Source of the DNA: a virus | Taxonomy: Duplodnaviria; Caudoviricetes | Strand: one strand, 5' to 3' | Length of the DNA: 32,321 bases | Virus record (IMG/VR): IMGVR_UViG_3300047272_000039 | Coordinates: 1-32,321 of that record | Shown: positions 15,543 through 25,170 of the stretch, piece after piece | Layout of the letters: each line of letters opens with the position of its first letter | How positions within the stretch are numbered: position 1 is the stretch's first letter | Made by a program: the position numbers and the translations under genes | The notes under the pieces: model-generated | The model's input: only the letters and a program-made list of their open reading frames with translations | Database searches by the model: none | Told to the model about the DNA's origin: nothing

Positions 15543-15931
15543 TGACAGCCATCACCACATTACGAAGCAGTATTGCAAGCGCTTTAACGGATAACACCAA
15601 GTACAGCGTGTTCTCTTTCCCACCAGCGACTCCTATTGCTAACTCAGTAATTGTTACTCCTGCCGATCCTTATATCGTTCCATCAAATAATGATTACACC
15701 TCAATCGCGCCAATGGCTAACTTTAAGATTTCTATACTTGTTCCGTTGCTAGACAACGAGGGCAACCTTGCTGGAATAGAGGCGGATGTAGTTCGCGTAT
15801 TCAGCCTGTTAGAGGCTTCCAGCATTGTATTTAACGTCGGAAGCGTGAGCGCCCCTAGTGTGCTTTCTATCGCTTCAGGAGACTTGCTTACTTGCGACAT
15901 TGCAATAAGCACCCTAACGGAATGGAGCTAA
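15542..15931 (+). CDS. Tail terminator / head-tail joining protein
   Basis: Position before the major tail gene; size; conserved in unit B. Confidence 0.6.
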   Translation: MTAITTLRSSIASALTDNTKYSVFSFPPATPIANSVIVTPADPYIVPSNNDYTSIAPMANFKISILVPLLDNEGNLAGIEADVVRVFSLLEASSIVFNVGSVSAPSVLSIASGDLLTCDIAISTLTEWS

Positions 15932-15934
15932 TCG

Positions 15935-16039
15935 ATGAACGATTGGACAAAGGAGCAAGCCGACTTTCTAATCAAGATTGGCCAAGTTCCACCAGCAGCA
16001 CCAGCACCAAAACCAACTACCAAGAAAGATGAGGAATAA
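15935..16039 (+). CDS. Small Pro/Lys-rich protein, 34 aa (MNDWTKEQADFLIKIGQVPPAAPAPKPTTKKDEE)
   Basis: RBS GGAG; fills the gap before the major tail gene; second copy spans the contig ends. Confidence 0.65.
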   Translation: MNDWTKEQADFLIKIGQVPPAAPAPKPTTKKDEE

Positions 16040-16044
16040 CTGAA

Positions 16045-16452
16045 ATGGCAGTATTTCTAAACAATGGCGTAGTTTTGACAGTCAATTCAGTTGATCTCTC
16101 AGACCACGTCACAGCAGTAACAATCAACCGTTCATTCGATGAACTCGAAGTGACAGCAATGGGTGACTCAGGTCACAAGTTCGTTAAGGGCTTGGAAGCA
16201 TCATCAATCACAATTGACTTCCTCAATGACACAGCAACAGGTGAAGTCCTTCAGACCCTTCAGGGCATCTGGGGAACAAACGCACCTATCACAGTAAAGC
16301 AGTCATCAGCAGCAACTTCAGCAGCTAACCCACTTTACTCAATGACTTGCCTCATCAACAACACAACCGATATTAACGGTTCAGTTGCTGATCTCTCAAC
16401 ACAGAGCCTTACATTCAACGTGTCAGGTACAATCGCAGTAACAACTTCCTAA
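16045..16452 (+). CDS. Major tail (tube) protein
   Basis: Protein identical to 62-469 with synonymous nt differences. Confidence 0.85.
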   Translation: MAVFLNNGVVLTVNSVDLSDHVTAVTINRSFDELEVTAMGDSGHKFVKGLEASSITIDFLNDTATGEVLQTLQGIWGTNAPITVKQSSAATSAANPLYSMTCLINNTTDINGSVADLSTQSLTFNVSGTIAVTTS

Positions 16453-16472
16453 TAAGAAACTAAGGGGCTAAC

Positions 16473-16730
16473 ATGGCAAAGCTAAAGGTAACAAGGGCTG
16501 ACAATTCAGTACAGGAGTTTGAAATAACTCCCCTGATTGAGTATGCCTTCGAGCAATACGCCAAGAAAGGCTTTCACAAAGCGCTGATAGAGGATCAGAA
16601 ACAATCTGATGTCTATTGGCTCTGCTGGGAAGCAATCCGTCGTTCGGGTGAAACGGTCAAACCTTTCGGGGAAGGATTCTTAGAGACCCTCAAGTCAGTT
16701 GAGGTTCTAGAGTCTGACCCTTTAGGGTAG
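16473..16730 (+). CDS. Tail assembly chaperone (gpG-like)
   Basis: Protein identical to 490-747; slippery CCCTTTA at 16718-16724. Confidence 0.8.
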   Translation: MAKLKVTRADNSVQEFEITPLIEYAFEQYAKKGFHKALIEDQKQSDVYWLCWEAIRRSGETVKPFGEGFLETLKSVEVLESDPLG

Positions 16731-16906
16731 ATCGGAACTCCCTCACCTATCTCGCAGCTAGGCTTAGTTACGAGTATGGAGTTCCGTTTCAAACTATTGT
16801 CGAATTACCGGCGATAGCGTTCAAGGCACATCTAGAAGTCCTTAAGGACATAGCGAAGGAGCGTAAGGATGCCAGTACAGCTTCAGGGCGCCGTCGCACT
16901 TCGTAA
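16718..16906 (+). CDS. -1 frameshift extension of tail chaperone (gpGT-like)
   Basis: Open -1 frame to TAA 16904-16906; same downstream stem as unit A. Confidence 0.85.
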   Translation, partial: PFRVDRNSLTYLAARLSYEYGVPFQTIVELPAIAFKAHLEVLKDIAKERKDASTASGRRRTS

Positions 16907-17393
16907 AGCCTTACGCAAGTTTGAACCAGACTTGGCTAAAGAAACAACTAAAGAGATCGCTAACTTTCTCAAGCCGGTAACTAAGAACGCTCGAGGATTC
17001 CTACCTTCTAACAGCGAAGTTCCATCAGGCTGGCTCAAGCGTGAAAACGCTAAGGGTCGCTGGGCTAATCGCTATTATGACAGAAGCCAAGTTAGTCGAG
17101 GTATTAGTTACAAGAGCAGCCCAAGCAAGGCAAACCGTCGAGGCTTTAGAGCCTTGGCATCTATCTTTAATAAGTCTGCTGCTGGAGCAATCTACGAGAC
17201 AGCAGGTCGCAAGTCCGGAGTTACTGGAAAGTTTACTCCCAAGCTCGGCGGTCAATTAGTTGGCCAAGGCCAGAAAATGACAGGTAGAGCAATCTTTAGA
17301 GCCTTTGATGAGGATCGTGGCAAGGCAACAGCAGGAGTCCTTAAAGCCATTGAAACCTCAGCGGCTAAGTTCAACGCAAGGAGACCAGTCTAG
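16869..17393 (+). CDS. HK97 gp10-like neck/tail-completion protein
   Basis: Homolog of 886-1560, 50 aa shorter. Confidence 0.55.
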   Translation: MPVQLQGAVALRKALRKFEPDLAKETTKEIANFLKPVTKNARGFLPSNSEVPSGWLKRENAKGRWANRYYDRSQVSRGISYKSSPSKANRRGFRALASIFNKSAAGAIYETAGRKSGVTGKFTPKLGGQLVGQGQKMTGRAIFRAFDEDRGKATAGVLKAIETSAAKFNARRPV

Positions 17394-19024
17394 TGGCAGA
17401 TTTAAGAGTTGATATTGCGTCGGAGTTCACCGGCAAACCAGCCTTCGTAAAAGCACAGAAAGCCACTAACTCACTTGACAAGGCAGTTGGCAAACTAGGC
17501 AAGCAACTTGCTTCAGTATTTGCATTTACTAAAGTTGTTCAATTTGGCAAGGCATCAGTCAAGGCCTTTGCAGAGGATGAGGCTGCAGCCAATCGTCTAT
17601 CTACAGCAGTTAAGAATCTAGGTCTAGCCTTTGCGCAACCTCAGATTGATACTTACATTGCTAAGTTGGAGTCAAGCAGCGCAGTCCTCGATGACCAGTT
17701 GCGCCCAGCCTTCCAAGCATTACTCACAACAACTGGATCACTAACCAAGTCTCAAGAACTCCTGACAATGGCTATCGAAGCCTCACGCGGTAGCGGCATT
17801 GATTTGACAACCGTCGCACAGGACTTGGCTAACGCCTATAACGGCAACACTAGAGGATTAAGAAAATACAACCTCGGTCTAACTAAGGCGCAGCTCACAA
17901 CCGTCTCATTCACAGAAGTCCAGCAACGCTTCAATAAGCAGTTCTCAGGAGCAAACGCAACCTTCCTCGATACCTATGCAGGGAAATTGCAGGTTCTTAC
18001 TGTTGCCTCAGAGAACGCTAAAGAGACAATTGGTAAAGGCTTAGTCGATGCTCTAGCCCTAGCAGGCGGCAAAGATGGCGACATCCAAGACGTTGCCGAT
18101 GCAATGTCTGATCTATCTAACTTTACGGCAGATGTTGTTCGTGGGCTTGGCGCACTTGCTGGAAAGTTCACAGCGGTAGATAAATCTCTTTCAGGTGGCT
18201 TACTAGGTAAGGTTCTAACTGCTAACTTTAAGTATGGTTTATTGGGGCAACTGGCTGAACTAGGTCAATCAACACAAGCCCGACCAAGAGCAAACCGTCG
18301 CTTCATGGGCGGCGCACAGACTAATCTTTATGACTCAAGCGCAGCTGCAGAGAAAAGATATCAGCAACAGCAAAAGAAATTTCAAGATGCTCAAATCAAA
18401 GCAACTAAGGCACTTACAGCAGAGCAGAAAAAGCAAGCAGCGCTCAAGAAGGCTGCAAGTATTTTTGACCTAGAGCAGATTCAGATTATCGCTGCGTTGC
18501 AGGGCAATCTATCGAAAGAGGAAAGAACTCGCCTTGAGGCTCAGTTAGCCCTACTTAGCGGCAACGAGGCAGTAGCCACTTCTTTGACTAAGCAAATTCT
18601 TATGTCACAGGATGCAACAGGCAATCTTTACAAGTTATGGCAAACCCTTCCCGATGCTCGCAACCCATTTGCTTACCTAGAGGAATACCTCAACGGATTA
18701 GCTAAGAAGGCAGCAGCAGTTCTTTCAGGCGGTGCAAGCGGCACAGCGCCAGTAACTCCTACTAATGTGACTCCTAGCGTTGTTGGCACACCATTCGGAC
18801 AAGCAGGATCATCACAAGAGGCTGCAGCCATCAGACAGCTAGGCACACCTTTCGGACAAGCCGGTGGCAATGGCTCAGGTTATATTGGAACTCCATTCGG
18901 ACAGGCTCAACCAATCGTTGTGCAGATTGATGGCAAGACCGTCGCATCAGCTCTGCAAGATACTTCGATGTCAGGCATCCCTTCAGCCATTAACAGAACT
19001 TACGGAAGCTTCGCTGGTCGATGA
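17393..19024 (+). CDS. Tape measure protein (543 aa)
   Basis: Diverged homolog of 1560-3200. Confidence 0.85.
   Translation: MADLRVDIASEFTGKPAFVKAQKATNSLDKAVGKLGKQLASVFAFTKVVQFGKASVKAFAEDEAAANRLSTAVKNLGLAFAQPQIDTYIAKLESSSAVLDDQLRPAFQALLTTTGSLTKSQELLTMAIEASRGSGIDLTTVAQDLANAYNGNTRGLRKYNLGLTKAQLTTVSFTEVQQRFNKQFSGANATFLDTYAGKLQVLTVASENAKETIGKGLVDALALAGGKDGDIQDVADAMSDLSNFTADVVRGLGALAGKFTAVDKSLSGGLLGKVLTANFKYGLLGQLAELGQSTQARPRANRRFMGGAQTNLYDSSAAAEKRYQQQQKKFQDAQIKATKALTAEQKKQAALKKAASIFDLEQIQIIAALQGNLSKEERTRLEAQLALLSGNEAVATSLTKQILMSQDATGNLYKLWQTLPDARNPFAYLEEYLNGLAKKAAAVLSGGASGTAPVTPTNVTPSVVGTPFGQAGSSQEAAAIRQLGTPFGQAGGNGSGYIGTPFGQAQPIVVQIDGKTVASALQDTSMSGIPSAINRTYGSFAGR
18785..18907 (+). repeat. Three GTPFGQA peptide repeats in the TMP C-terminus
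   Basis: Copies at 18785-18805, 18842-18862, 18887-18907. Confidence 0.85.
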
Positions 19025-20265
19025 CATTACCTGCCGAGATATCCGTATCCTTTGACTTTAGCTCAGGTGCGACTTTCGGCTATCCATTTACAATCGGTGA
19101 CGCTAAGTACGGAGTTCTAGGTACTGGCACACTTGGCTCATCTACAGTTCCAGTTCCTATTGTTGATCTCACTCCTAACGTTCGAAACATAACTATCAAC
19201 CGAGGCAGAGATATCCAGAGCGATACCTATGTTGCTGGCACAGCCGTTGTACGCATTACAGACCCTGACTCATACTTTAACCCTCAGAACACAGCCAGCC
19301 CTTACTACGGCTATTTAGTGCCTCTACGCAAGGTTCGTATTGCAGCGACAACTGCAACAGCGCAGGAGTTCTTATTCTCAGGCTATACAACCGAGTATCG
19401 ATATACCTATGACCAAGCCGAGCAGATGGGCTATGTCGATATCTATGTAGCTGATGCCTTCCGCTTGTTCAACTTGGCTCAGGTAACAACGGTCGCAGAC
19501 TCAGGAGCAGGGCAATCTACCGGCACACGCATAGGCAAGATTCTCGATCAAGTGGACTTCCCTTCCAATATGCGCACAATCGCAACTGGTCAATCTAACT
19601 GCATCGCTGACCCTGCAACCCTACGCACAAGCCTTAACGCCATTAAGAACGCAGAGTTCTCAGAGCAGGGCGCGTTCTTTATCAACGGCTCAGGCACAGC
19701 CGTATTCAAGGATAGAAATACAGTCGCCTCATCTATCGCTGGCACTCCTATCGAGTTCAATCAAACCGGCGGTATTCCTTACCGTAACCTAGTGTTTGCC
19801 TTCGATGACAAGCTCATCATCAATCAGGCGCAGATGACCCGTTACGGCGGCACAGCCCAGTTCGCACAGAACGCAGACAGCATTGCCCGATACTTCCCTC
19901 ACCAGTACAGCGCTCAGGACTTAGTTATCGACACAGATGCCAATGCCCTTAATATCGCTGCCACCTATGTAGCAACTAGAGCTGAGACAACTATCCGCAT
20001 TGATCAGATGTTGGTCGATTTATTAGATCCAGCCGTACCAACTAACACAATGATTGGCTTGGAGTATTTCGACAATCTACGGATTTCCAATATCCAGCCA
20101 GATGGCTCAACCATCACAAAGACTTTACAGGTGCAGGGCTTATCGTGGAATATCAGCCCTAACAGCATGAGCGTTACAGTAACAACACTTGAGCCCATCG
20201 TCGATGGATTCATCATAGGAAGCACAGAACGCGGTATAATTGGCGTGAGTGCAATGACTTACTAG
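19021..20265 (+). CDS. Minor tail protein (distal tail/baseplate hub-like)
   Basis: Close homolog of 3200-4444. Confidence 0.75.
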   Translation: MTLPAEISVSFDFSSGATFGYPFTIGDAKYGVLGTGTLGSSTVPVPIVDLTPNVRNITINRGRDIQSDTYVAGTAVVRITDPDSYFNPQNTASPYYGYLVPLRKVRIAATTATAQEFLFSGYTTEYRYTYDQAEQMGYVDIYVADAFRLFNLAQVTTVADSGAGQSTGTRIGKILDQVDFPSNMRTIATGQSNCIADPATLRTSLNAIKNAEFSEQGAFFINGSGTAVFKDRNTVASSIAGTPIEFNQTGGIPYRNLVFAFDDKLIINQAQMTRYGGTAQFAQNADSIARYFPHQYSAQDLVIDTDANALNIAATYVATRAETTIRIDQMLVDLLDPAVPTNTMIGLEYFDNLRISNIQPDGSTITKTLQVQGLSWNISPNSMSVTVTTLEPIVDGFIIGSTERGIIGVSAMTY

Positions 20266-20274
20266 GAGATATAA

Positions 20275-20664
20275 ATGGCAACAGGCTTTCCAGCGGTAAC
20301 AGGAGATATCCTAACTGCTTCTATGTTCAACGGGCTAGTAGCCTTTACAGTCGATGCAGATCAGACAGCAGACTACACAGCAGTCCTCGATGATGCGTAT
20401 CAGACCCTAGTACCTATGAACAAGGCAACAGCCGTAGCCTTCAAGATTCCTACCAATGCCTCAGTAGCCTTCCCAGTAGGCACAGCCATTACAGTCCTTA
20501 ACAAGGGCGCTGGAGCAGTCACAATCTCAGCAGTCACTTCAGGCACAACAACAGTCCTCTCAGCAGGTGCAGTTGCAGCTTCTCCAACTTTGGCTCAGTA
20601 CAAAACAGCAGTTTGCATTAAGACAGCAACTGACACTTGGTACGTTGTTGGAGCTATTGCGTAA
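20275..20664 (+). CDS. Minor tail/fibre-associated structural protein
   Basis: Close homolog of 4454-4843. Confidence 0.65.
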   Translation: MATGFPAVTGDILTASMFNGLVAFTVDADQTADYTAVLDDAYQTLVPMNKATAVAFKIPTNASVAFPVGTAITVLNKGAGAVTISAVTSGTTTVLSAGAVAASPTLAQYKTAVCIKTATDTWYVVGAIA

Positions 20665-21494
20665 TGATTGGCGCAATCACATCAGGACTCTTTGGTTTAC
20701 CACCTAGTCCTCTTTCCGCTGATTACCTTGTAGTAGCCGGTGGCGGCGGCGGCGGCGCTGATGCCAGCGGTAACCAAGGCGGCGGCGGCGGTGGAGCAGG
20801 CGCAATGCTTACTGGATCACAATCACTCACTCTCGGAAATTCTTACACAGTTACAGTTGGTGCCGGTGGTGCTGGCAGCCTATCTAGCAATGGTTCTCAA
20901 GGCGCTAATTCTGTATTCTCATCAATAACTGCAACAGGCGGCGGCTTTGGTGCATGGAATACTAATAGCGGCGGTAACGGCGGTTCAGGCGGTGGCGCAG
21001 GTGGTTACGGTTCTGGTACAGGTGGAACTGCAACAACAGGTGGCAACGCAGGTGGAGCAGCAGCTGGCGGCAGAGCCGGTGGCGGCGGTGGCGCTAGCGC
21101 AGCTGGTGGAACATCAAGCAATGCTTTCGGTGGTGCTGGTTTAGCTTCAAGTATTACTGGATCATCAGTAACCTATGCCGGTGGTGGCGGTGCTGGTGCA
21201 ACAAACAGCAACAACGTTGGTGGTGCAGGCGGCGGTGGAACAGGTGCGCGTTCAAGCGGACTAAGAGCAGTAGCAGGTTCAGCAAACACCGGCGGCGGCG
21301 GTGGCGGTGGTAACTGGACTCCAGTATCAGACCCAGACCAATCAGCAGCAGGCGGTTCAGGCATTGTTATCCTTCGTTATCCATCAAGCGCAACAATCAC
21401 GATCGGCGCTGGACTTACAGGTTCAACAACAACTGTTGGTGGCGATAAGGTCACAACAATTACTGCTGGCACAGGAAATGTGAGTTGGTCATAA
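20664..21494 (+). CDS. Glycine-rich tail fibre / putative receptor-binding protein
   Basis: Start at TAATG overlap 20664; diverged homolog of 4843-5760. Confidence 0.75.
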   Translation: MIGAITSGLFGLPPSPLSADYLVVAGGGGGGADASGNQGGGGGGAGAMLTGSQSLTLGNSYTVTVGAGGAGSLSSNGSQGANSVFSSITATGGGFGAWNTNSGGNGGSGGGAGGYGSGTGGTATTGGNAGGAAAGGRAGGGGGASAAGGTSSNAFGGAGLASSITGSSVTYAGGGGAGATNSNNVGGAGGGGTGARSSGLRAVAGSANTGGGGGGGNWTPVSDPDQSAAGGSGIVILRYPSSATITIGAGLTGSTTTVGGDKVTTITAGTGNVSWS

Positions 21495-21814
21495 TGGCAC
21501 ATTACGCATTTTTAGATGATAACAACATTGTCACAGAAGTCATTGTTGGCATTGACGAGACAGAACTAATCGAAGGCAAAGACCCTGAGACTTGGTACGG
21601 TGAATTTAGAGGACAGAAGTGCGTTCGCACGAGCTATAACAGTTCCATCAGATTCAACTATGCAGGAGTTGGCTATCAATACGATCCAGTAGATGATGCC
21701 TTCATTGCTCCAATGCCTGAGTGTGGTCATGAGCCTTTATTACTAAACAACATTAAGCGATGGGAGTGTGCAGATTGTGAAGCCATTGCTAAGCAAAAGC
21801 GCGCAACAGCTTAG
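21494..21814 (+). CDS. Conserved phage protein next to the Gly-rich fibre
   Basis: Homolog of 5760-6065; start at TAATG overlap. Confidence 0.7.
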   Translation: MAHYAFLDDNNIVTEVIVGIDETELIEGKDPETWYGEFRGQKCVRTSYNSSIRFNYAGVGYQYDPVDDAFIAPMPECGHEPLLLNNIKRWECADCEAIAKQKRATA

Positions 21815-22202
21815 GTTGCAGATAGATGATTCTTACCCAGACAGAGATAGAACCTCAGACGGGTGGATTGGCGATACCCGTCATTCAGCGCGTACTTCTG
21901 ACCACAATCCTGATGCAAAGGGTATCGTCAGAGCCATTGATATTGACAGGGATTTGGCTGGAAAGAAAAAGCCCGACCTCATGCCTGACCTTGCGGATCA
22001 GATTCGACACGCAGCAAAGTCTGACAAGCGCATTGCTTACATCATATTCGCAGGAAAGATTGCTTCCCCTCGCATGGGCTGGCGCTGGCGCAAGTATTCT
22101 GGAATCAATCCGCATGACCATCATTGCCATATCTCTTTCACTAAGCAAGGCGACCAAGATGGTTCGTTCTTTAATATCCCGATGATAGGCGGCACACTAT
22201 GA
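21777..22202 (+). CDS. Putative endolysin, Zn peptidase (M15-like fold)
   Basis: DGWIGD..H...SDHNPD, RAIDID, H..HCHIS; GTG 21777 chosen for spacing from GGGAG. Confidence 0.7.
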   Translation: MKPLLSKSAQQLRLQIDDSYPDRDRTSDGWIGDTRHSARTSDHNPDAKGIVRAIDIDRDLAGKKKPDLMPDLADQIRHAAKSDKRIAYIIFAGKIASPRMGWRWRKYSGINPHDHHCHISFTKQGDQDGSFFNIPMIGGTL

Positions 22203-22342
22203 ACATGAAGCACCCAGCAGTAGTCTCTCTTGGAGCGTTCTTAGCAGTATGGGGTACAACCTCAAACTTTGCTTTGGACTATCGCTCTATCCTTGGTTCA
22301 ATCGTGGCAGGCGTATTCGGTTACGCATCTCCTAAGAAATGA
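22199..22342 (+). CDS. Putative holin, 47 aa
   Basis: Homolog of 6465-6608; ATGA coupling on both sides. Confidence 0.7.
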   Translation: MNMKHPAVVSLGAFLAVWGTTSNFALDYRSILGSIVAGVFGYASPKK

Positions 22343-22530
22343 CCGCGCAGGACTTCGCGGCAATTGCAGTCGCTATCATCACAGTTCTTGGCGGCGTTGC
22401 AGCTTATGTCCAGTTCATGATTAAGCATTACCTATCAGAGCTCAAGCCTAATTCAGGCTCCAGTATTAAGGATCAGGTTTCTCGACTAGAAGCGCGTGTC
22501 GATACAATCATCGAGCTGTTAGGTAAGTAA
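22339..22530 (+). CDS. Single-TM lysis-cassette protein (DUF2746-like)
   Basis: TM followed by PNSGSSIKDQV.R, a motif of actinophage lysis-cassette proteins. Confidence 0.65.
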   Translation: MTAQDFAAIAVAIITVLGGVAAYVQFMIKHYLSELKPNSGSSIKDQVSRLEARVDTIIELLGK

Positions 22531-22540
22531 CACTTATCCT

Positions 22541-22762
22541 ATGGCAAGAAAGCGACCGGTCATAGACTTAGACACTTACAACGCCTTAGATGCTTACGCG
22601 ATAGCGTTGAACGAGTTCTATAAGTCCTTGCGCAAAGCTGGATTCTCAGAGACTCATGCCTTCTGGATTCTTTCAGATCGTGACAGCTTCCCAGATTGGC
22701 TTATCCCTAACCTACCCAATCGCATCGATAATCTACCCTACGAGGATGACGACGAGGACTAA
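22541..22762 (+). CDS. Conserved hypothetical protein with acidic tail
   Basis: Homolog of 6762-6983. Confidence 0.8.
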   Translation: MARKRPVIDLDTYNALDAYAIALNEFYKSLRKAGFSETHAFWILSDRDSFPDWLIPNLPNRIDNLPYEDDDED

Positions 22763-23509
22763 ATGAAGCGAATCGTAATTCTGAGTGACTTGCAAGTTCC
22801 CTTCGAGGATGTGCATCTAACTCAGAACATAGCAAGATTCCTACAGAAGTTTAAACCTGACCAGACAGTCACAATCGGTGACGAGATTGACTTCCAGACC
22901 ATAAGCAAGTGGTCAGAGGGAACACCTCAAGCCTACGAGCAGAGCCTTGGCGATGACCGAGACCGTTGCGTGAACTTACTCTGGGAATTGGGGGTCACGG
23001 ATTGTTTGCGTTCTAATCACACGGATCGTTTATATAACATCATCATGAAAAAGATACCCTCATTCCTATCCTTGCCAGAGCTGAGATTTGAGAAGTTCAT
23101 GAAGTTCGATGAGCTTGGCATAACCTTCCATAAGAACCCTATGAACATAGCTCCTAACTGGATTGCAGTTCATGGAGACCATACGCCCATCAAGCAGCAG
23201 GGTGGGCTCTCAGCCCTTGAGGCAGCCCGTAGGCATGGCAAGAACGTTATCTCAGGACATACTCATAGGGCAGGGCGTAGCGCCTTCACAGAGGCCTCTG
23301 GCGGCCGTTTAGGGCGTGTTCTGCATGGAGTTGAGGTAGGTAATCTCATGGACTTCAGACAAGCCTCATACACCAAGGGAACGGCTAATTGGCAGCAAGC
23401 CTTCGCCATCATGTACGTCAAGGGATCTAACGTACAGGTGGACATTATCCACATTGAAAAGAACGGCACGTTTATCGTGCAGGGCAAGGTATATGGTCGC
23501 GCCCGCTGA
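22763..23509 (+). CDS. Calcineurin-like metallophosphoesterase
   Basis: Same motifs as 6984-7730. Confidence 0.85.
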   Translation: MKRIVILSDLQVPFEDVHLTQNIARFLQKFKPDQTVTIGDEIDFQTISKWSEGTPQAYEQSLGDDRDRCVNLLWELGVTDCLRSNHTDRLYNIIMKKIPSFLSLPELRFEKFMKFDELGITFHKNPMNIAPNWIAVHGDHTPIKQQGGLSALEAARRHGKNVISGHTHRAGRSAFTEASGGRLGRVLHGVEVGNLMDFRQASYTKGTANWQQAFAIMYVKGSNVQVDIIHIEKNGTFIVQGKVYGRAR

Positions 23510-23603
23510 GATAGGAATTCCCTACTTTGAAGATGAAGACCCGTCTCAAATCGTTATCATTTCGTTATCTAAAAAAGGCGGCTGTCGCATACGCCTGATG
23601 TAA
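23493..23603 (+). CDS. Small conserved protein, 36 aa (MVAPAEIGIPYFEDEDPSQIVIISLSKKGGCRIRLM)
   Basis: Homolog of 7714-7824. Confidence 0.7.
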   Translation: MVAPAEIGIPYFEDEDPSQIVIISLSKKGGCRIRLM

Positions 23604-23635
23604 TCTAGCCCTAACAACAACAGAAAGGGCTTGAA

Positions 23636-23785
23636 ATGAATGTTTATCTTATGACATTTCTCTTCTCGGTTATCACTTATGGGCTGGGATATTACGCAGG
23701 CAACTCAGACGGCAAGGTCGAAGGCAGAATGGCTGTACGCCGTCACTATGAAGATCGTGAACGCCAGTTTCAGGGCAATCGATGA
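23636..23785 (+). CDS. Small membrane protein, 49 aa (MNVYLMTFLFSVITYGLGYYAGNSDGKVEGRMAVRRHYEDRERQFQGNR)
   Basis: RBS GAAAGGG; homolog of 7976-8095. Confidence 0.75.
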   Translation: MNVYLMTFLFSVITYGLGYYAGNSDGKVEGRMAVRRHYEDRERQFQGNR

Positions 23786-24057
23786 ACGCTCGTGATTACC
23801 TCAACGAAGCGAGAGCTACTATCCAAGACCGAGGACTTGATTACGGTCACCCGTCAGACAATATGCAAAGGACAGCAGCACTCTGGAGCGCATACCTCGA
23901 AATGCCAGTTACAGATTATCAGGTGGCAATGTGTCTGGCATTGGTCAAAATCGCAAGGAGCATGGAGACTGGTAAGCCAGACAATTACATCGATGGCGCA
24001 GCGTACTTCGCTATAGCCGGTCAGCTACATACAGAGGAGAATGACTTATATGTGTGA
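23782..24057 (+). CDS. DUF6378-like phage protein
   Basis: Homolog of 8092-8367. Confidence 0.7.
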   Translation: MNARDYLNEARATIQDRGLDYGHPSDNMQRTAALWSAYLEMPVTDYQVAMCLALVKIARSMETGKPDNYIDGAAYFAIAGQLHTEENDLYV

Positions 24058-24121
24058 AGGTGAAGAATGTCCATGTTTCTATTTCGGATCATGTGTAGAG
24101 GATTGGGAGCAAAATGTTTAA
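24050..24121 (+). CDS. Cys-rich micropeptide, 23 aa (MCEGEECPCFYFGSCVEDWEQNV)
   Basis: Homolog of 8360-8425; RBS GAGGAG. Confidence 0.7.
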   Translation: MCEGEECPCFYFGSCVEDWEQNV

Positions 24122-24794
24122 CCTAGATGATTATGAGACTGTTGCAGATCGTGTTTCAAGGTTTCAAAAATTGCACTTGGGCGGCAGGATTGTCACCAAG
24201 GTTATTAGCCTAGACAACACTAAGGGCGAAGTCCTAGCCATGGCAGAGGTTTATCGTGAGCATGAAGATACCTTGCCAGCAGGCGTTGATTACGCATTCG
24301 GAGTTGCATCGACTTACCCAGTATCAATCCGCAAGTTCTATGTAGAGGATACGGTTACTTCTGCGGTAGGGCGCGCTCTCAGCTTGATTCTGGATACCGA
24401 CAAGAAGCCTACCCGTGAGGATATGCAGAAGGTCAAAGCCAATGAAGAAGTCAAGGCTAAGCTCTATGAAGTCAAAGCAAAGATGGCAGATACATCGAAG
24501 GAATACATACCAGTAGAGAAGGCGAGTGATCCATGGGAGATTTCAAGTGCTGCACCGGTGACAACCATGGAGCAAGCTGTAGAGACGGTCAAGGCTGTCC
24601 TTGGTGGCACTCCGATAGACGAGAGTTGTATCCATGGTGCTCGTGTATGGAAGACCGGAACTTCTAAGGCAGGTAAGCCTTGGGGTCATTGGAAGTGCAT
24701 GGCTCAGATTCTCGGAGATGCAGAACGCTGCGAGCCTATCTGGTACGAGATTGATAAAGAGACCGGACAATGGAAACCTCAGGTGAAGCGCTGA
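24114..24794 (+). CDS. Rad52/Sak-like ssDNA-annealing protein with C-terminal Zn finger
   Basis: YETVADR, VEDTVTSAVGRAL; C-terminus very similar to unit A. Confidence 0.6.
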   Translation: MFNLDDYETVADRVSRFQKLHLGGRIVTKVISLDNTKGEVLAMAEVYREHEDTLPAGVDYAFGVASTYPVSIRKFYVEDTVTSAVGRALSLILDTDKKPTREDMQKVKANEEVKAKLYEVKAKMADTSKEYIPVEKASDPWEISSAAPVTTMEQAVETVKAVLGGTPIDESCIHGARVWKTGTSKAGKPWGHWKCMAQILGDAERCEPIWYEIDKETGQWKPQVKR

Positions 24795-25024
24795 TGGGAT
24801 ATATACAGTTCTTAAACCAAGATGGTGAATGGGAAGAATTCCCTAATGAAGAGCAGAGAGCCAATCTTAGGGCTAATGCTGAACTGCTTGAGGAACTGGG
24901 TTACAAGCTGATATGCCAGTTGTGTAATAAGTTTCCAACTAGATCACAGATAAAGAGTCGCTACTTGCTTCATGAGTGGACTTGCGAAGAGTGCCACACA
25001 GTTAATTCAGCAGGCAAGGCATGA
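24794..25024 (+). CDS. Zn-ribbon protein
   Basis: Start at TGATG overlap; homolog of 9113-9343. Confidence 0.7.
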   Translation: MGYIQFLNQDGEWEEFPNEEQRANLRANAELLEELGYKLICQLCNKFPTRSQIKSRYLLHEWTCEECHTVNSAGKA

Positions 25025-25170
25025 GTCACACATATAACTTCAATGCCGGTTCATTCGGTTGGACTAATTGCGATCTATGCGACAACGATGTTATGTGTAA
25101 CGAGTACACCCGTGGTGACGGGCTAGTTCAATGGTTGTGCAAGAAGTGCGAGGATAAACTTCACTTATGA
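25021..25170 (+). CDS. Small Zn-finger protein, 49 aa, unit B only (MSHTYNFNAGSFGWTNCDLCDNDVMCNEYTRGDGLVQWLCKKCEDKLHL)
   Basis: ATGA overlaps at both ends; CxxC...CxxC. Confidence 0.75.
   Translation: MSHTYNFNAGSFGWTNCDLCDNDVMCNEYTRGDGLVQWLCKKCEDKLHL

Larger units (their letters stand above)
1..15983 (+). mobile_element. Miniature siphovirus-like phage genome, unit A (~16.0 kb, circularly permuted)
   Basis: Full set of head, tail, lysis and packaging genes, all on + strand; the sequence at position 1 recurs at 15984. Confidence 0.9.
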
